From NCBI GenBank assembly GCA_943788985.1, contig CALSSJ010000015.1:64001-128000 (forward strand): DNA of 64,000 nucleotides, read 5' to 3'. Source of the stretch: an uncultured Lentisphaerales bacterium. GTDB lineage: Bacteria; Verrucomicrobiota; Lentisphaeria; JABSQK01; UBA12247. A program made the position numbers and the translations under genes. The notes beneath the pieces are model-generated. The model was given only the letters and a program-made list of their open reading frames with translations. It had not been told where the DNA came from and did no database searches. Shown piece by piece: positions 47,753 through 58,692 of this stretch (positions within the stretch are counted from its first letter, which is position 1; each line of letters starts with the position of its first letter).

Positions 47753-49141
47753 TCACCCCTCTAACACAGCTGTCCCTGCCCCAGAATAATTCAGCAGTGC
47801 CGCGGGGTTGCTGTGCGGCACAAGGTCTGGCGAATCAGAATCGCAGCGGAGGTAGACTGCCCCAAACGAAATGTCGCGTGCTTCCGGACAGGCCTGTGGG
47901 TTGAAGATCTCCTGCGTACCGGAGGCGGCAAAGGGAATAGGACGAATACAGGACTTCGGGCCGACGGACAGCAGGTACTCTGGGTGGGCGCCGCCCGGCA
48001 CATAGTCGAGATAGATATTCTCGAAGTGCAGGCCCGTAGCGTGCTCGCAGAGCTCGAAAACCGCGGTCTTGGACTTGTCCATGTGGTGGGTCAGGTCGAG
48101 GGGGACCACATGGATGTCGTCGAAGTACAGCTCTGCTACCTGCCCGAGGTCGGCAGAGTAGTCATCTTGGATGCAGCGGATGTTCGGTTGGTCGTAGATC
48201 TTGAAGGTGTGGCAGTTGCGAATGTTCGAGAAGATGCAGCGTGCGATATCACACGCCTCGGTGGCGCCATCCGGGTATGTTTTTACGCCGGGGAGAATGC
48301 GGATGGCGCAGGAACCAGCTGTGACGTTGGCGTCTTGTACGAGGATGTCGGTGATGCTGCCGAAGGTCAGGCTGGAGGTACGCCAGTCCCAGGCATTGAG
48401 CGCGACTACGTCGTCGCCGGCGAGCGGGCCGTTGACTTCGCGAATGACGCCAAATTCCGCTGGCCCTTCGACGTGCACCCCGTCCTTGGTCCCGTCCACG
48501 CAGAAATTGTCGACCAGGAAACGCCTCGCGTTGCCGATCTGCACGCCAAACGAGGAGTTGTCTTTGACGGTCACGCCGCGAATGGTCACGTCTTCGACGT
48601 TGCTGAGTACGATTGCCCCTTGCGAGCCGAGCATGAGGCCCTTTTTCCCCTTGCGGAAGCCCTGCGGTCCGGCGCCGTTGTTCTTCTGGTCTGACCAGAT
48701 GCCGCCTTCGATGAGAATATTCCGGTCGGCGCCCTGGCACAGCTCGACGGGGCCCTGCTGGCCGGAGACCAGGTTGCGGTTGCGAATTAGGCAGTACTCG
48801 ACGTCGCCGCTGATCATCCGGATCTCTGTGCGAGGATGCGCGACGATGCGAGCGCCGCTGCCGATGACAATGGACCGGTCCAGATAGAGCGGTTCGGCCA
48901 TTTCTGGGATGTAGACGGCGTTGTTCTCGGCCAATGAGGCGTCGATAGCATCCGACCAGACGCGGCCGGAGATCTCGAAGGACTCGACCTCGAGCTCTCG
49001 TTTTGTAGGATTCCAGCGCTGCTGCCAGGTGCGGTCTTGGACCAAGTGGGCATATTCGGGTAACGGCCGGATCGGCGAGGCATCTCGAGGAATTTCCGCG
49101 ACTGCTTTCTCGATCTGCGCCTGCAAGATTTCTTTGTTCAT
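47753..49141 (-). CDS. pectin-lyase-fold (GH28-like) beta-helix protein
   Basis: NILIEGGIW, DGVHVEG, GDDVVALNA and repeated beta-helix rungs. Confidence 0.7.
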   Translation of the reverse strand: MNKEILQAQIEKAVAEIPRDASPIRPLPEYAHLVQDRTWQQRWNPTKRELEVESFEISGRVWSDAIDASLAENNAVYIPEMAEPLYLDRSIVIGSGARIVAHPRTEIRMISGDVEYCLIRNRNLVSGQQGPVELCQGADRNILIEGGIWSDQKNNGAGPQGFRKGKKGLMLGSQGAIVLSNVEDVTIRGVTVKDNSSFGVQIGNARRFLVDNFCVDGTKDGVHVEGPAEFGVIREVNGPLAGDDVVALNAWDWRTSSLTFGSITDILVQDANVTAGSCAIRILPGVKTYPDGATEACDIARCIFSNIRNCHTFKIYDQPNIRCIQDDYSADLGQVAELYFDDIHVVPLDLTHHMDKSKTAVFELCEHATGLHFENIYLDYVPGGAHPEYLLSVGPKSCIRPIPFAASGTQEIFNPQACPEARDISFGAVYLRCDSDSPDLVPHSNPAALLNYSGAGTAVLEG

Positions 49142-49452
49142 TTTTCTTCCTATCGTTCTCTCATCATCTGCCAGGGACGACGTGCAAGATTCTATCCCGG
49201 ACGAAAAACTGGCATTCCAGCCAGAGATGGTGTGTCCAAGTCCTCTACGGCCACCAAGAAGGCTACAACCAAAAGAAGCCAGACTAGACGTCTCGGCCTT
49301 ATCAATGTACTCTCCAGCAACCATCGTCAAGTGGACAATATCAACTTATGGCTCCCGCCGAAATGTAACGTCACTTCGGCGCGGGCCCTTAATGAAACGG
49401 ACCATAGTCGCGGCCTCTCTGGCGATCGACTGCTTGTTTGATACTTGAGCCA

Positions 49453-50598
49453 TTAGGGACGGGGAGCTAACCTCGCATACGCGGCGGCGGCGGCCTCCCA
49501 GCAGAAGTGCTTCTGCACGTGCTTGCGGGCTGCGGGCCCGTAGCCTTTGCGGCTCTCAAGCAGCTCTCTGATTCCGGCTGCCAGCGCTGCCGCGTCTTCT
49601 GCCGGGACGAGGCAGCCGTTCTCGCCATCCACGACGATGTCTTCGCTCCCGGAGACCTGCGTCGCGACCACTGGCAGTCCGCAGGCCATTGCCTCCAGCA
49701 GGGCATTCGGCAGGCCCTCGGCGCGAGAGGGAAAGACGAAGCCGTCGGCCCCCTGATAGGCTGCTGGCAGTGCGGCGCGTTCACACCAGCCGGAAAACTC
49801 TACTCGGCCTGCCAGCCCGAGCTGTTGGGCCTGCGCCGTCAGCGCCGCTAGCTCCGGGCCATCGCCCACAATTTTCAGCGTCCAGTCGAGCTCCTTGAGC
49901 GTAGACAGCGCCTCCAACAACACATCCAGGCCCTTCTCGAACGAGAGCCGTCCGACATACAGCAACCGACCGTTGGGCGCTTCCGATCTAGCGGGCGGGC
50001 AGTACACTGCGGTGTCGACGCCGCTTGGGATGATCGAGATTTGCGTCTGGAGATCCGCTTTGCGGGCCATGTCAGCCAGGCCTGCGGAGTTCGCAACTAC
50101 GGCTGTAGCGCGGCGCCAGAGGAAGCGGATAAACGGCGCTGTGAGCTGGTGCTGGCGGCGTAGTTGCTGCGGCTGCATCCCCGGGACATCGCCACCACGC
50201 AACGAGACCACGTATGGCACGCCGCGAATCAGCCGTAGCCACCACGCCGCGGGTCCGCCAGGAATACCAAAATAGGCGATTGTGAGATCGGGTCGCCAGC
50301 CGCGAGTTACCGACAACACGCCGGTTCCGGAGCTGAGCATGAAGGTCAGCATCTCGAACACTGAACAGCGCTCGACCGCGCCGCGCATCACCGGAATCCG
50401 CCGGATGTGGTAGCCGTCTACCGTCTCATTGCGCGGCTGTCCCCGAAAGCGCGAGCTGAGCACACGCACGTCGTGCCCCTGGCGGGCCAACTCGCGAGCC
50501 GTGTGCATGGTGGCGTTTCCAGCACCGCCGCCGAGCGGGGGAAACTCGTAGTTGATCAGCAGAAATCGCTTCGCCACTGCACCCTCAGATTTAGACAT
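49453..50598 (-). CDS. glycosyltransferase family 4
   Basis: EFPPLGGG, YVGRL..EKG, EGLPNALLEAMACG. Confidence 0.92.
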   Translation of the reverse strand: MSKSEGAVAKRFLLINYEFPPLGGGAGNATMHTARELARQGHDVRVLSSRFRGQPRNETVDGYHIRRIPVMRGAVERCSVFEMLTFMLSSGTGVLSVTRGWRPDLTIAYFGIPGGPAAWWLRLIRGVPYVVSLRGGDVPGMQPQQLRRQHQLTAPFIRFLWRRATAVVANSAGLADMARKADLQTQISIIPSGVDTAVYCPPARSEAPNGRLLYVGRLSFEKGLDVLLEALSTLKELDWTLKIVGDGPELAALTAQAQQLGLAGRVEFSGWCERAALPAAYQGADGFVFPSRAEGLPNALLEAMACGLPVVATQVSGSEDIVVDGENGCLVPAEDAAALAAGIRELLESRKGYGPAARKHVQKHFCWEAAAAAYARLAPRP

Positions 50599-50600
50599 GA

Positions 50601-52448
50601 TTAGCGTCGCCGGTTCTGCAACACCCACATGTTCCAGAGAAACGCGCGGTTGTCTGCGTTGTGCGCAAGATGCTCGCTCACCTGGCGCTGCACGAAATCC
50701 TGGCGCATGCCGAAGCTGTTTGCCGGATCCACGATCAGCGCGCCGTCACGCAGCCAGCGGGCGATCGGCATACCAAAGCCATGCTTTGCCCGATACAAAA
50801 TGTCATGCGGAAGGACCGGCTCCAAGGCTCGCTTGAGCAAGTACTTGGTCTCGCCATTGCGGTATTTCCAGGCGTGCGGAATGCGGCGAATAAAGTTCAC
50901 CAGGTCGATATCGAGAAACGGCGCGCGCACCTCTAACGAGTGCATCATGCTGGCGCGATCCACCTTCACCAGGATGTCGTCCTGGAGGTAGAGCTTGGTG
51001 TAAAACTGCAAGGTTTTGTCGACCATGTGCTCCTGTGGGCAAGCGTCCCAGTGGGCGATTGCCTCGGCGTAGAGCTCAGTGAGCGGCAGCGGCTTGTCGA
51101 ACAACTCGCCAATCTCGACGGGCCCGAGCGGCCCCAGCCAAACGGCATTCCACAAATTCCTCGGGTATGACAGGCCCCGGAGTGTGCGCTTGATCTTGAA
51201 GTCCAGGCTCATGTTTGTGTGCGAGACTGGCAATGCCGCCATCACGGTGCGCAGCAGTTCGTGGCCTTTGCCGGGCATCATACGGTCATAGAGGCGGGCT
51301 GGCCGCAGTGCCTTGAACGGATCATAGCCGGCAAACAACTCGTCCGCGCCATCTCCGCCCAGTGCCACCGTTACCGCCTCCCGGGCATTGCCACAGAGCA
51401 GGTACGTTGGCACGATCGAAGAGTCGCCCATCGGCTCATCGAGCCGGCTAGCAATCTTTGGCGCCAAGCCGCTGGCATTTCCCATGTGCAAGATATCGCT
51501 GCGATGCGTACAGCCGACGTGCTCAGCTACTTGCCGCGCGTACTCCGACTCATCGAAGCTAGCCTCTTCGAAGCCAATTGAGAAGCTGTGCACCGCGGTG
51601 CTGGACGCGGCCTGTGCGTAGTGCGCAATGGCCGAGGAATCCACCCCACCGCTCAAGAACACCCCCAGCGGCACATCGGACATCATCCGCCGCTCTACTG
51701 CCTGGCCCAGCAAGTGTCGTAGCTCCTCGCACCAGGCTGGTTCAGGTTTATGCGAGATCTCGGTAAATGGGTCCAGGATGTACTCCCAGTATTGCGAAGT
51801 CCGCACTGTCCGGCTCTCCAGATCCACCGTTAGATTGTATCCACCGGGAAGTTTGCGAACTTCGCGATACAGGGTGTGCGGTGCCGGAATATAGCCGTAG
51901 GCAAAATACTTCTGCAAGCCAGCGACCGACTGGGTAAAGGTCAGGCTGCTGTGTTGCTCAAGCGCGTTAAGCTCCGAAGCGAAAGCAAAGCAGCCTGCGG
52001 ACTCCGCATAGAAAAGTGGCTTCTGGCCGAACCGGTCACGACTTAAGAACAGCTGATTGGCCTTGCGGTCATAAATGGCGAAGGCCCACATCCCGTTCAG
52101 CTTCTCCGGCAGCGCCTCCCCCCACTCGCGGTAACCATGCAGCAGCACTTCCGTATCCGAATGATCTGTGATAAAGCGGTGGCCGCGGGACTGCAGATCG
52201 GCGCGGAGCTCACGGTGGTTGTAGATCTCGCCGTTGAAGGTTACACCCAGCTGTGCGTCCGACGTCCACATGGGCTGGCTGCCGTCCGCCAGGTCGACAA
52301 TCGAAAGGCGCCGGTGTCCGAGGCCCACCGCGCGCTCTGGATCAAACCAATTATTGGCCCCATCCGGGCCACGATGCGTCAGTACTTGGGCCATCGCCTC
52401 AAGGTCCTGGAGCGTTCCTGCCCCGCAAAATCCTGCTATGCCGCACAT
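50601..52448 (-). CDS. asnB: asparagine synthase (glutamine-hydrolysing) family amidotransferase
   Basis: MCGIAG, HRGPD, GHRRLSIVD, FNGEIYN, LSGGVDSS, GDGADELFAGY, KVDRASM, EVRAPFLD. Confidence 0.95.
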   Translation of the reverse strand: MCGIAGFCGAGTLQDLEAMAQVLTHRGPDGANNWFDPERAVGLGHRRLSIVDLADGSQPMWTSDAQLGVTFNGEIYNHRELRADLQSRGHRFITDHSDTEVLLHGYREWGEALPEKLNGMWAFAIYDRKANQLFLSRDRFGQKPLFYAESAGCFAFASELNALEQHSSLTFTQSVAGLQKYFAYGYIPAPHTLYREVRKLPGGYNLTVDLESRTVRTSQYWEYILDPFTEISHKPEPAWCEELRHLLGQAVERRMMSDVPLGVFLSGGVDSSAIAHYAQAASSTAVHSFSIGFEEASFDESEYARQVAEHVGCTHRSDILHMGNASGLAPKIASRLDEPMGDSSIVPTYLLCGNAREAVTVALGGDGADELFAGYDPFKALRPARLYDRMMPGKGHELLRTVMAALPVSHTNMSLDFKIKRTLRGLSYPRNLWNAVWLGPLGPVEIGELFDKPLPLTELYAEAIAHWDACPQEHMVDKTLQFYTKLYLQDDILVKVDRASMMHSLEVRAPFLDIDLVNFIRRIPHAWKYRNGETKYLLKRALEPVLPHDILYRAKHGFGMPIARWLRDGALIVDPANSFGMRQDFVQRQVSEHLAHNADNRAFLWNMWVLQNRRR

Positions 52449-52649
52449 GCCGTATTGCTCCGTTGCTCTGCTGAAGCCTGGGCAAAGGTCTCGCGTTCCG
52501 CTCGCCTTTCAACGCGCTGCCGGCGTCTAAGGGGCTCTTCGTGCTTGTGGACGATTTCCTGCACTCCCAGTCTTGCTCGCCGCCTGGTGCGAGCAGAGGG
52601 ATTGCCCAGTTCAACAGGCCCTGCGGTGCGCGGGCGCTATTGTTCCACC

Positions 52650-53804
52650 ATGAGAACGATGAGACACTTATTGCTGTTTCTACTGGCTGCCGGTTGGCTG
52701 CCAGCACAGGTCCCCGTACCGTTCCTGCCGGAGCGCGCGAAGGTGATCGCAGCGCTAGAAGAGCCTATGGCTAAGGGCATGGATGTCTCCGTGGCCCTCA
52801 CAGCCTGGTCTGCTGCGGAGTCCGCAACCACGCCGGAGCAGAAGCGGAACCACTACCTGCGGGCACTTGCTGCGCTTGAGAACGTGGAGCCGTTGCCTCA
52901 GAGCGACTGGGGGGAGAATCCCAGCGATGTTCGCATCGAATTTCTCGAGGAACTTCGAGCGGCAGAGCCAGGTGTGAAAATGCAGGTGATCCGCTTTCAG
53001 GTGGACGGCCTGACCCAGTACGGGCTGGTCACTAGGCCGATCGCCGCGGGCGATACGCCTTTGCCACTGCTGATCTATGTGCACGGTGCAGCCTATGGCG
53101 TGCCCGTGAGCACCATCGCCTGGCAGGCTGACGTGGCCCGCATGGGCTACGTGGTCGCAGCGCCGGCTTTTCGCGGTGAACCCGCCTTTCTGCCGCCGAT
53201 CACTGGCCTTGACTACACCAGCGAGGGTGAGGTCGAGAACTACGCCGGCGAACCGCGCGACGTTCTCGGCCTGGCGGACGGCATGCGCGATCTACCGTAC
53301 GTAAGGCACGGGAAGTTCGGGATCTTCGGGCATAGCTTTGGGGCAGGAGCCGGGTTGCTGGCTGCCGCCAGATCCGACGACGTTGCCTGTGTGATCAGCT
53401 ACGATGCCTGGCTGGTCAATCCGTTTACCTTCTACTGGCTACGGCTGAGCGGCGGCTCGATTTACTACTGGGGATCTTGGGAGGCGTACTGCGAGGCCCC
53501 CGTGCCGGAGCAGCTGTCAGGGCTCATGGCCCGCAGTATCGCCCATCATGTCGACCGCCTGAAGTGCCCCGTGCAGATCTTCATCGGGCAACTCGACGGC
53601 GCGGGCTATCACACCTGCCACGACTATCTCGCCGCGCAGTTGAAGGCGCACAGCGTACCACACGAGTACCACGTGATCCCTAATGGCTCCCATAACTTCG
53701 CCCTCTACCGGGACGAGGCACCAGCGAAATCTGCTTGGAAGCTGCAACTGCCGTTTATGCTGCAGTACTTTCCACCCGGGAAACTTTCTGGAGGTCCCAA
53801 GTGA
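52650..53804 (+). CDS. secreted alpha/beta hydrolase (S9 peptidase/esterase-like)
   Basis: Signal peptide, YVHG, nucleophile elbow GHSFG, D and H (GSHNF) of the catalytic triad. Confidence 0.85.
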   Translation: MRTMRHLLLFLLAAGWLPAQVPVPFLPERAKVIAALEEPMAKGMDVSVALTAWSAAESATTPEQKRNHYLRALAALENVEPLPQSDWGENPSDVRIEFLEELRAAEPGVKMQVIRFQVDGLTQYGLVTRPIAAGDTPLPLLIYVHGAAYGVPVSTIAWQADVARMGYVVAAPAFRGEPAFLPPITGLDYTSEGEVENYAGEPRDVLGLADGMRDLPYVRHGKFGIFGHSFGAGAGLLAAARSDDVACVISYDAWLVNPFTFYWLRLSGGSIYYWGSWEAYCEAPVPEQLSGLMARSIAHHVDRLKCPVQIFIGQLDGAGYHTCHDYLAAQLKAHSVPHEYHVIPNGSHNFALYRDEAPAKSAWKLQLPFMLQYFPPGKLSGGPK

Positions 53805-53952
53805 GTCAGACCATTCAGGAGCAGCAAGATACCACCTGGCATCGACGCCGTACTAGTGTCGCTATGGCAATTTTTGGCACCGTGGAAGTTCGATGAACAC
53901 AGACAAGCAAATTGCGCAGGTCATTTCGTGCCGTGCGCTACGAATTGCCTAG

Positions 53953-54885
53953 ATGCGAGTCGTCACCGTATTGAATCCGCTCTCCTGTAGCGGCGCCGCG
54001 CAGAAGATGTGGGACCGGCTGGCCGCCCATCTGGATAGCCTGGGTATCGTCTGCCAGACAGTCTCCCTCCTCGATGAGCAGCTCTGCCCAAAATTGTGTG
54101 AGGCGCTGTCAAAGTCGAGCGATGCGATCATTGGCGTGGGCGGTGACGGCACGCACATGTCTGTGATCAATGTCCTGCTGAAACTTCCTGCCGAGATCTC
54201 GCTGCCGCCGTATCTGCCAGCCCCCTGCGGGACCGGGAACGATCTGGCGAAATCCCTCGGGATTCAACCGCAGGACTTGAAGCGCACCGCGGAATTACTC
54301 ACCGAAGGAACCCCGATCATCATCGATCTCGGCTTGGTGCGCGGCCGCTGGTTTGCCGACGCCGTCTCGCTGGGCATCGAAGCCTCCATCCTCGCGCGGC
54401 GCGACGTCCTAGTAAAAGAGCGCCCGAATGGTCACGGCTACTGGCCCTATTTCCTGGCGACGCTCGATACGCTGGGGCAGCGCGTAAGCTGGCATATCGA
54501 CCTGACCCTAGACGGCAGCCCCTGGTACAGCGGCCCGGTGAAAGGCGTGGTCATCAACAACGCGCCCATTCACGCGAGCGAGTTCGTCGTCACACCCGGT
54601 GCCAGCATGTCGGATGGTTGGCTCGATATCGCGGTATTTCCAGTAATGCAAAACCTTGTGGAAGGGTACATGAGGCGCTGCCGCCGTGTGCCACGCATGT
54701 TGCGTTCCAGGCGTCCCAAACAAGTGGCAAGGGCTAAGAGAATCGAACTGAATGCGATGCAGTCTGTCCCATGGCAGATGGACGGAGAAACCCAAGACCC
54801 GGAATGTCACTTGAATATCGGAATCGATCCGAGTAGAATTTCCGTCTTGTCCGATAGCCGCAGGATGCCGAAGGAGAAAGTGTGA
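53953..54885 (+). CDS. diacylglycerol/lipid kinase family protein
   Basis: LNP.S, GGDGT, GTGNDLA, IDLG, DGWLD, QMDGE. Confidence 0.92.
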   Translation: MRVVTVLNPLSCSGAAQKMWDRLAAHLDSLGIVCQTVSLLDEQLCPKLCEALSKSSDAIIGVGGDGTHMSVINVLLKLPAEISLPPYLPAPCGTGNDLAKSLGIQPQDLKRTAELLTEGTPIIIDLGLVRGRWFADAVSLGIEASILARRDVLVKERPNGHGYWPYFLATLDTLGQRVSWHIDLTLDGSPWYSGPVKGVVINNAPIHASEFVVTPGASMSDGWLDIAVFPVMQNLVEGYMRRCRRVPRMLRSRRPKQVARAKRIELNAMQSVPWQMDGETQDPECHLNIGIDPSRISVLSDSRRMPKEKV

Positions 54886-56222
54886 ATCTAATATTTTTGA
54901 GTTCCGCAGATAATGGGCAGGTCGTAGAACTGAAGGAAGAGGGAACGCGCCTTGGGAGAATCCAAGACGAGGCGGACATCTTCCTAGACGATGTCGAGGT
55001 GTCTGGACACCATGCGGTCGTGGAGAAAGTTGGCCGCCTTTGGCGCGTCTATGACCTAAATAGCACCAACGGCACTTTTGTAAACAACAGGCGAATCGCT
55101 GGCAGCGCCAAACTAAAAATTGGCGATACCCTCCGATTAGGAGACACGATCTTAGTTTTTACGGACGAGACTGAGCCCCAAGCCGCTCCGCCTCGCGAAG
55201 GGAATGATACCCTGGCCGAGGCCTCCCCGCGAGAAGTAGCCGCGTTCGGTGAGGCCGGGAGCGATACCCGCGAGACCTACCAGACTCAGGCAGAGCGCCT
55301 GCTGCCCGCTGAGGTGGGCGATGCGATCACCGAAATCTCCCAGGCCCGCGAGCAAATCGAGGCGGAGGTTGCCAAGCAGGTCGTAGGGCAGCAGCAATTT
55401 ATCCATCAGGTCATGTTGACGATCCTGGCCGGTGGCCACGCCATCGTCAGTGGAGGCCCCGGCTTAGGAAAAACCCTAGTCGTGGCGACGCTTGCCCGCA
55501 CCATGGGATTGGTCTGGCGGCGAACCCGGCTAACGCAGGACACCCAGCCCGACAATCTGGAGAAAGTGCAGGCCGCAAATCTGTTACTCGCCGTAGGGAT
55601 CGACGAAGCACCGAAACGCACGCAGGCAGTGCTGCTAGAGTGGCTGCGAGATCCATCGCTGAATCCCGATGGGCACCGAGTCGGACGACGGCCCTTTCAC
55701 CTGCTTGCCGCGCTAGATCCACGAGCGTGGGGCCCTAATTCGCTGCGGCACGGGGACATGGACGCCTTTCTGAGCATGATTCACTTGGATCCTCCATCCA
55801 TAACAGACGAGCAGAACATTATTGCGCTCGCAGCACACGCCCGAGTGCCCGCCATCGACCGCATCTGTGACCGCGCTGCCGTCCTCGAGATGCAACAGTT
55901 GCTGGCAAACCTTCCCGTCGACAGTGCCGTCGCATCCTACGCCGTCATGCTCGCCCGTGCCACCCGGCCCGAGTGTGAGGAATCGCCTGCCATTGTCCGC
56001 GAGTCCACCGCCTTTGGCTGCAGCGTCCGCGGCGGCCAAGCACTGCTCGAATGCGCCAAGGCCAATGCCGTCCTTGCGGGTCGCGAGAAGGTCACCAAGG
56101 ATGACGTGCGCGCAGTCGCGTATCCCACACTTCGGCATCGCCTTGGTATGACCCAGAAAGCTGTAGACGAAGGCCTGCTCTGTGACGATATGATTACCGC
56201 GATTTTGGAGCAGTATGCCTGA
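54882..56222 (+). CDS. FHA domain fused to a degenerate MoxR AAA+ domain
   Basis: FHA motifs LGR, VSGHHA, DLNSTNGTFVN. MoxR motifs VVGQ, GGPGLGKT, SVRGGQAL, LRHRL. Confidence 0.85.
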   Translation: MNLIFLSSADNGQVVELKEEGTRLGRIQDEADIFLDDVEVSGHHAVVEKVGRLWRVYDLNSTNGTFVNNRRIAGSAKLKIGDTLRLGDTILVFTDETEPQAAPPREGNDTLAEASPREVAAFGEAGSDTRETYQTQAERLLPAEVGDAITEISQAREQIEAEVAKQVVGQQQFIHQVMLTILAGGHAIVSGGPGLGKTLVVATLARTMGLVWRRTRLTQDTQPDNLEKVQAANLLLAVGIDEAPKRTQAVLLEWLRDPSLNPDGHRVGRRPFHLLAALDPRAWGPNSLRHGDMDAFLSMIHLDPPSITDEQNIIALAAHARVPAIDRICDRAAVLEMQQLLANLPVDSAVASYAVMLARATRPECEESPAIVRESTAFGCSVRGGQALLECAKANAVLAGREKVTKDDVRAVAYPTLRHRLGMTQKAVDEGLLCDDMITAILEQYA

Positions 56223-57042
56223 GCTACCCGAGGTCGAGACCGTCGGCCGTGCCCTACGTCCACAACTTCTCGGCCGCAGCATTCGCACCATCTCCGCCCA
56301 CATCGAAAGCCTGCGTCATCCTCTGACTTTACAGCAGGATGCCAGCCTTTGTGGTGCCCCTGTGGCTGCCGTCACCAGACGCGCGAAGTATCTCACCGTT
56401 GCCTTGGCCAACGGCCGCGGGATTTTGTTACATCTCGGCATGACCGGACACTTCCGGATCGAACCTGCGGACTCCGCACATCGCAAGCACGATCGGCTCG
56501 AGTTTTTCCTCGACAACGATCAAGTCTGGCGCTTCAATGACATCCGCCGCTTTGGCATTGCCAAGGCCGTAAACGTAGATGCCGCAGGCAACCCGCTCGA
56601 AGGACTGCCAGCGCTCGGTCCGGAGCCCTGGGATCCAGCCTGGGGCGGCGCCGCGCTTCACACCTGGCTGAGCCGGCGAATCGCCGCGATCAAGCCGCTC
56701 ATTATGGACCCGCGCTGCGTTGTCGGCGTGGGCAACATCTACGCCAGCGAAGCCCTGCATCGCGCCCGCATCTCACCCACCCGGCCCGGGAAATCCCTCT
56801 CCCGAAAGGCCTGTGACCGCCTGGTTTGCGAAGTTCGCAAAACCTTGGAAGAGGCGATCGAAGCTGGCGGGACCACCATCTCAGATTTTCGCGGGGTCGA
56901 TGGCAGCGAAGGCAGTTTCGAGCAAGAGTTGCTCGTCTATGGCCGTGCCGATGCCCCCTGTCTCTCTTGCGAGGAGGGCACCATTCTGCGATCCGTTCAG
57001 GGCGGGCGCGCCACCTATTCCTGCGCCAAGTGCCAGCGATGA
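56215..57042 (+). CDS. mutM: formamidopyrimidine-DNA glycosylase
   Basis: MPELPEVE, RRAKY, HLGMTG, GVGNIYASE, C-terminal zinc finger. Confidence 0.97.
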   Translation: MPELPEVETVGRALRPQLLGRSIRTISAHIESLRHPLTLQQDASLCGAPVAAVTRRAKYLTVALANGRGILLHLGMTGHFRIEPADSAHRKHDRLEFFLDNDQVWRFNDIRRFGIAKAVNVDAAGNPLEGLPALGPEPWDPAWGGAALHTWLSRRIAAIKPLIMDPRCVVGVGNIYASEALHRARISPTRPGKSLSRKACDRLVCEVRKTLEEAIEAGGTTISDFRGVDGSEGSFEQELLVYGRADAPCLSCEEGTILRSVQGGRATYSCAKCQR

Positions 57043-58094
57043 GCGAAGACTTCATGCGCGAACTCCGCACGATCGCCCAAGAAACGCGGGCGCTGATTTT
57101 GGATGCGTTGCCTGCACCACAGGAGCCTGAGATCTTGTTTCAGTTGGTGCGCGCCTATCCAGAGCGTGGTGGGAAATGCTTGCGCCCAGCGCTGTGTCGC
57201 TGGTGCTGCGGCATGCTCGGCGGGGCCCCACAGGAGGTCCGCCGCGTTGCCGCCGCCGCTGAACTCTTTCACACTTGGACGCTGGTGCACGATGACATCA
57301 TCGACGAAGACGACGAGCGCCGTGGCCAGCCCTCCGCCCACGCCTTGGCTCGCGACAGCATCAGCCACCCGCGGGCGGTGAAATTTGGCGCAGACATGGC
57401 TCTGTTGGCCGGAGACATCCAACACGCGATCAGCGCCGACCTCGTCCTCGCTGCGACCGAAGACGGGCTCCCCGCCGACGTCGCGATCGCTATTGCCCGC
57501 CAAATGCACCACGTGCTCGCGCCGGGCCTGATTCGTGGCGAAGCTGCCGATACCGAGTTCGAGTACCGGGCGATTGACTCCGTGAGCCACAGTGAAATCG
57601 AAGCGATGATGCGCGACAAGACCGGGCTACTCCTCGCCTTCGCCGCGCGAGCTGGTGCCATGGCAGCGTTGCGAACTCCGCACCCCGATGATCCGCAAGT
57701 TGCTGCGCTGGCCGATATGGCCACTTCTGCCGGCCTGGCCTTCCAGCTGCAAGATGATATTCTTGGGATGTTTGGCGATCCCAAGGCCGTTGGCAAGCCG
57801 ATCGGCTCCGACCTGCGTCAGGGGAAGCGTACGCTGCTTACGGCCTATGCCTTCGAGCTGCTCGATCCAGCTGGCTCAGCCCGCCTGCGGGAGCTTTCTG
57901 TTGCGGAGTCCGCAACAGACGCCCTGGCCGAGGCGCAGAACCTACTGATCGGCTGCGGCGCATTGCAGCGTGTGCAAGACGCTGCCGCCGCGCATGTGCA
58001 GCGGGCCATGGACATTCTGGCGGCCCAACCCGTCGGGCCCTTCCGGGATCTGCTGGAACAATGGCTTCACTTTCTCACCGCCAGAATCACCTGA
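57039..58094 (+). CDS. polyprenyl diphosphate synthase
   Basis: GGKCLRP, LVHDDIIDEDDERRG, KTG, AFQLQDDIL, DLRQGKRT. Confidence 0.95.
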   Translation: MSEDFMRELRTIAQETRALILDALPAPQEPEILFQLVRAYPERGGKCLRPALCRWCCGMLGGAPQEVRRVAAAAELFHTWTLVHDDIIDEDDERRGQPSAHALARDSISHPRAVKFGADMALLAGDIQHAISADLVLAATEDGLPADVAIAIARQMHHVLAPGLIRGEAADTEFEYRAIDSVSHSEIEAMMRDKTGLLLAFAARAGAMAALRTPHPDDPQVAALADMATSAGLAFQLQDDILGMFGDPKAVGKPIGSDLRQGKRTLLTAYAFELLDPAGSARLRELSVAESATDALAEAQNLLIGCGALQRVQDAAAAHVQRAMDILAAQPVGPFRDLLEQWLHFLTARIT

Positions 58095-58363
58095 TGGCGG
58101 GCGTGGTACGTGCGAATGTACCAAGGGCCTCCGTGCCCGTCGAGCGTTTTTCCTGCCTCGCCACTGCCTCCGCGGTGTGTAATGGGGCGAACTCGTTATC
58201 GGACATCTCGGACAGATCGGGCGACTGTCCCGGCGCCAGCCTACCAGGACAAAGGCAAGCTCATCGTGCTCTCGTTAGTGGTAGCCCGATCAGCCCGATC
58301 AGTCCGATAAATCGTTCCGTTGCGCCTCAAAGTGCACGCCATCGCGTTGTACTCTCAAGAGCT

Positions 58364-58612
58364 CTAAGCTTGCTTGCGGATTATCCAAGCGCGGACGCTG
58401 GTCAGCGTCGCAAACACGTCCGTGTTGAAATCGCTTGGCTCAAAACGCACGCCAAACTGCTCTTCGATGCCCACGATCATCTCCTGCAACAGAAATGAAT
58501 CTACGCCGTAGTCTTCAAGCGGCGCAGTTACGTCCACTTCTTCTGGCGTGTAGTCGAGAAAAAGTCGATCGATTAGAATATTCTTCAGGGCATCGTCAAT
58601 CTGCTGGCTCAT
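58364..58612 (-). CDS. acyl carrier protein
   Basis: Small acidic protein with GVDSF attachment motif and IEEQFGV. Divergent from acpS. Confidence 0.8.
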   Translation of the reverse strand: MSQQIDDALKNILIDRLFLDYTPEEVDVTAPLEDYGVDSFLLQEMIVGIEEQFGVRFEPSDFNTDVFATLTSVRAWIIRKQA

Positions 58613-58692
58613 AGTAGAATCCGTAATAGGTCGGTTGCTTGCGCGGCGATAGTGGGGATACTGTGTGCCCATAACGGAAAGAGAGCCAGCAG

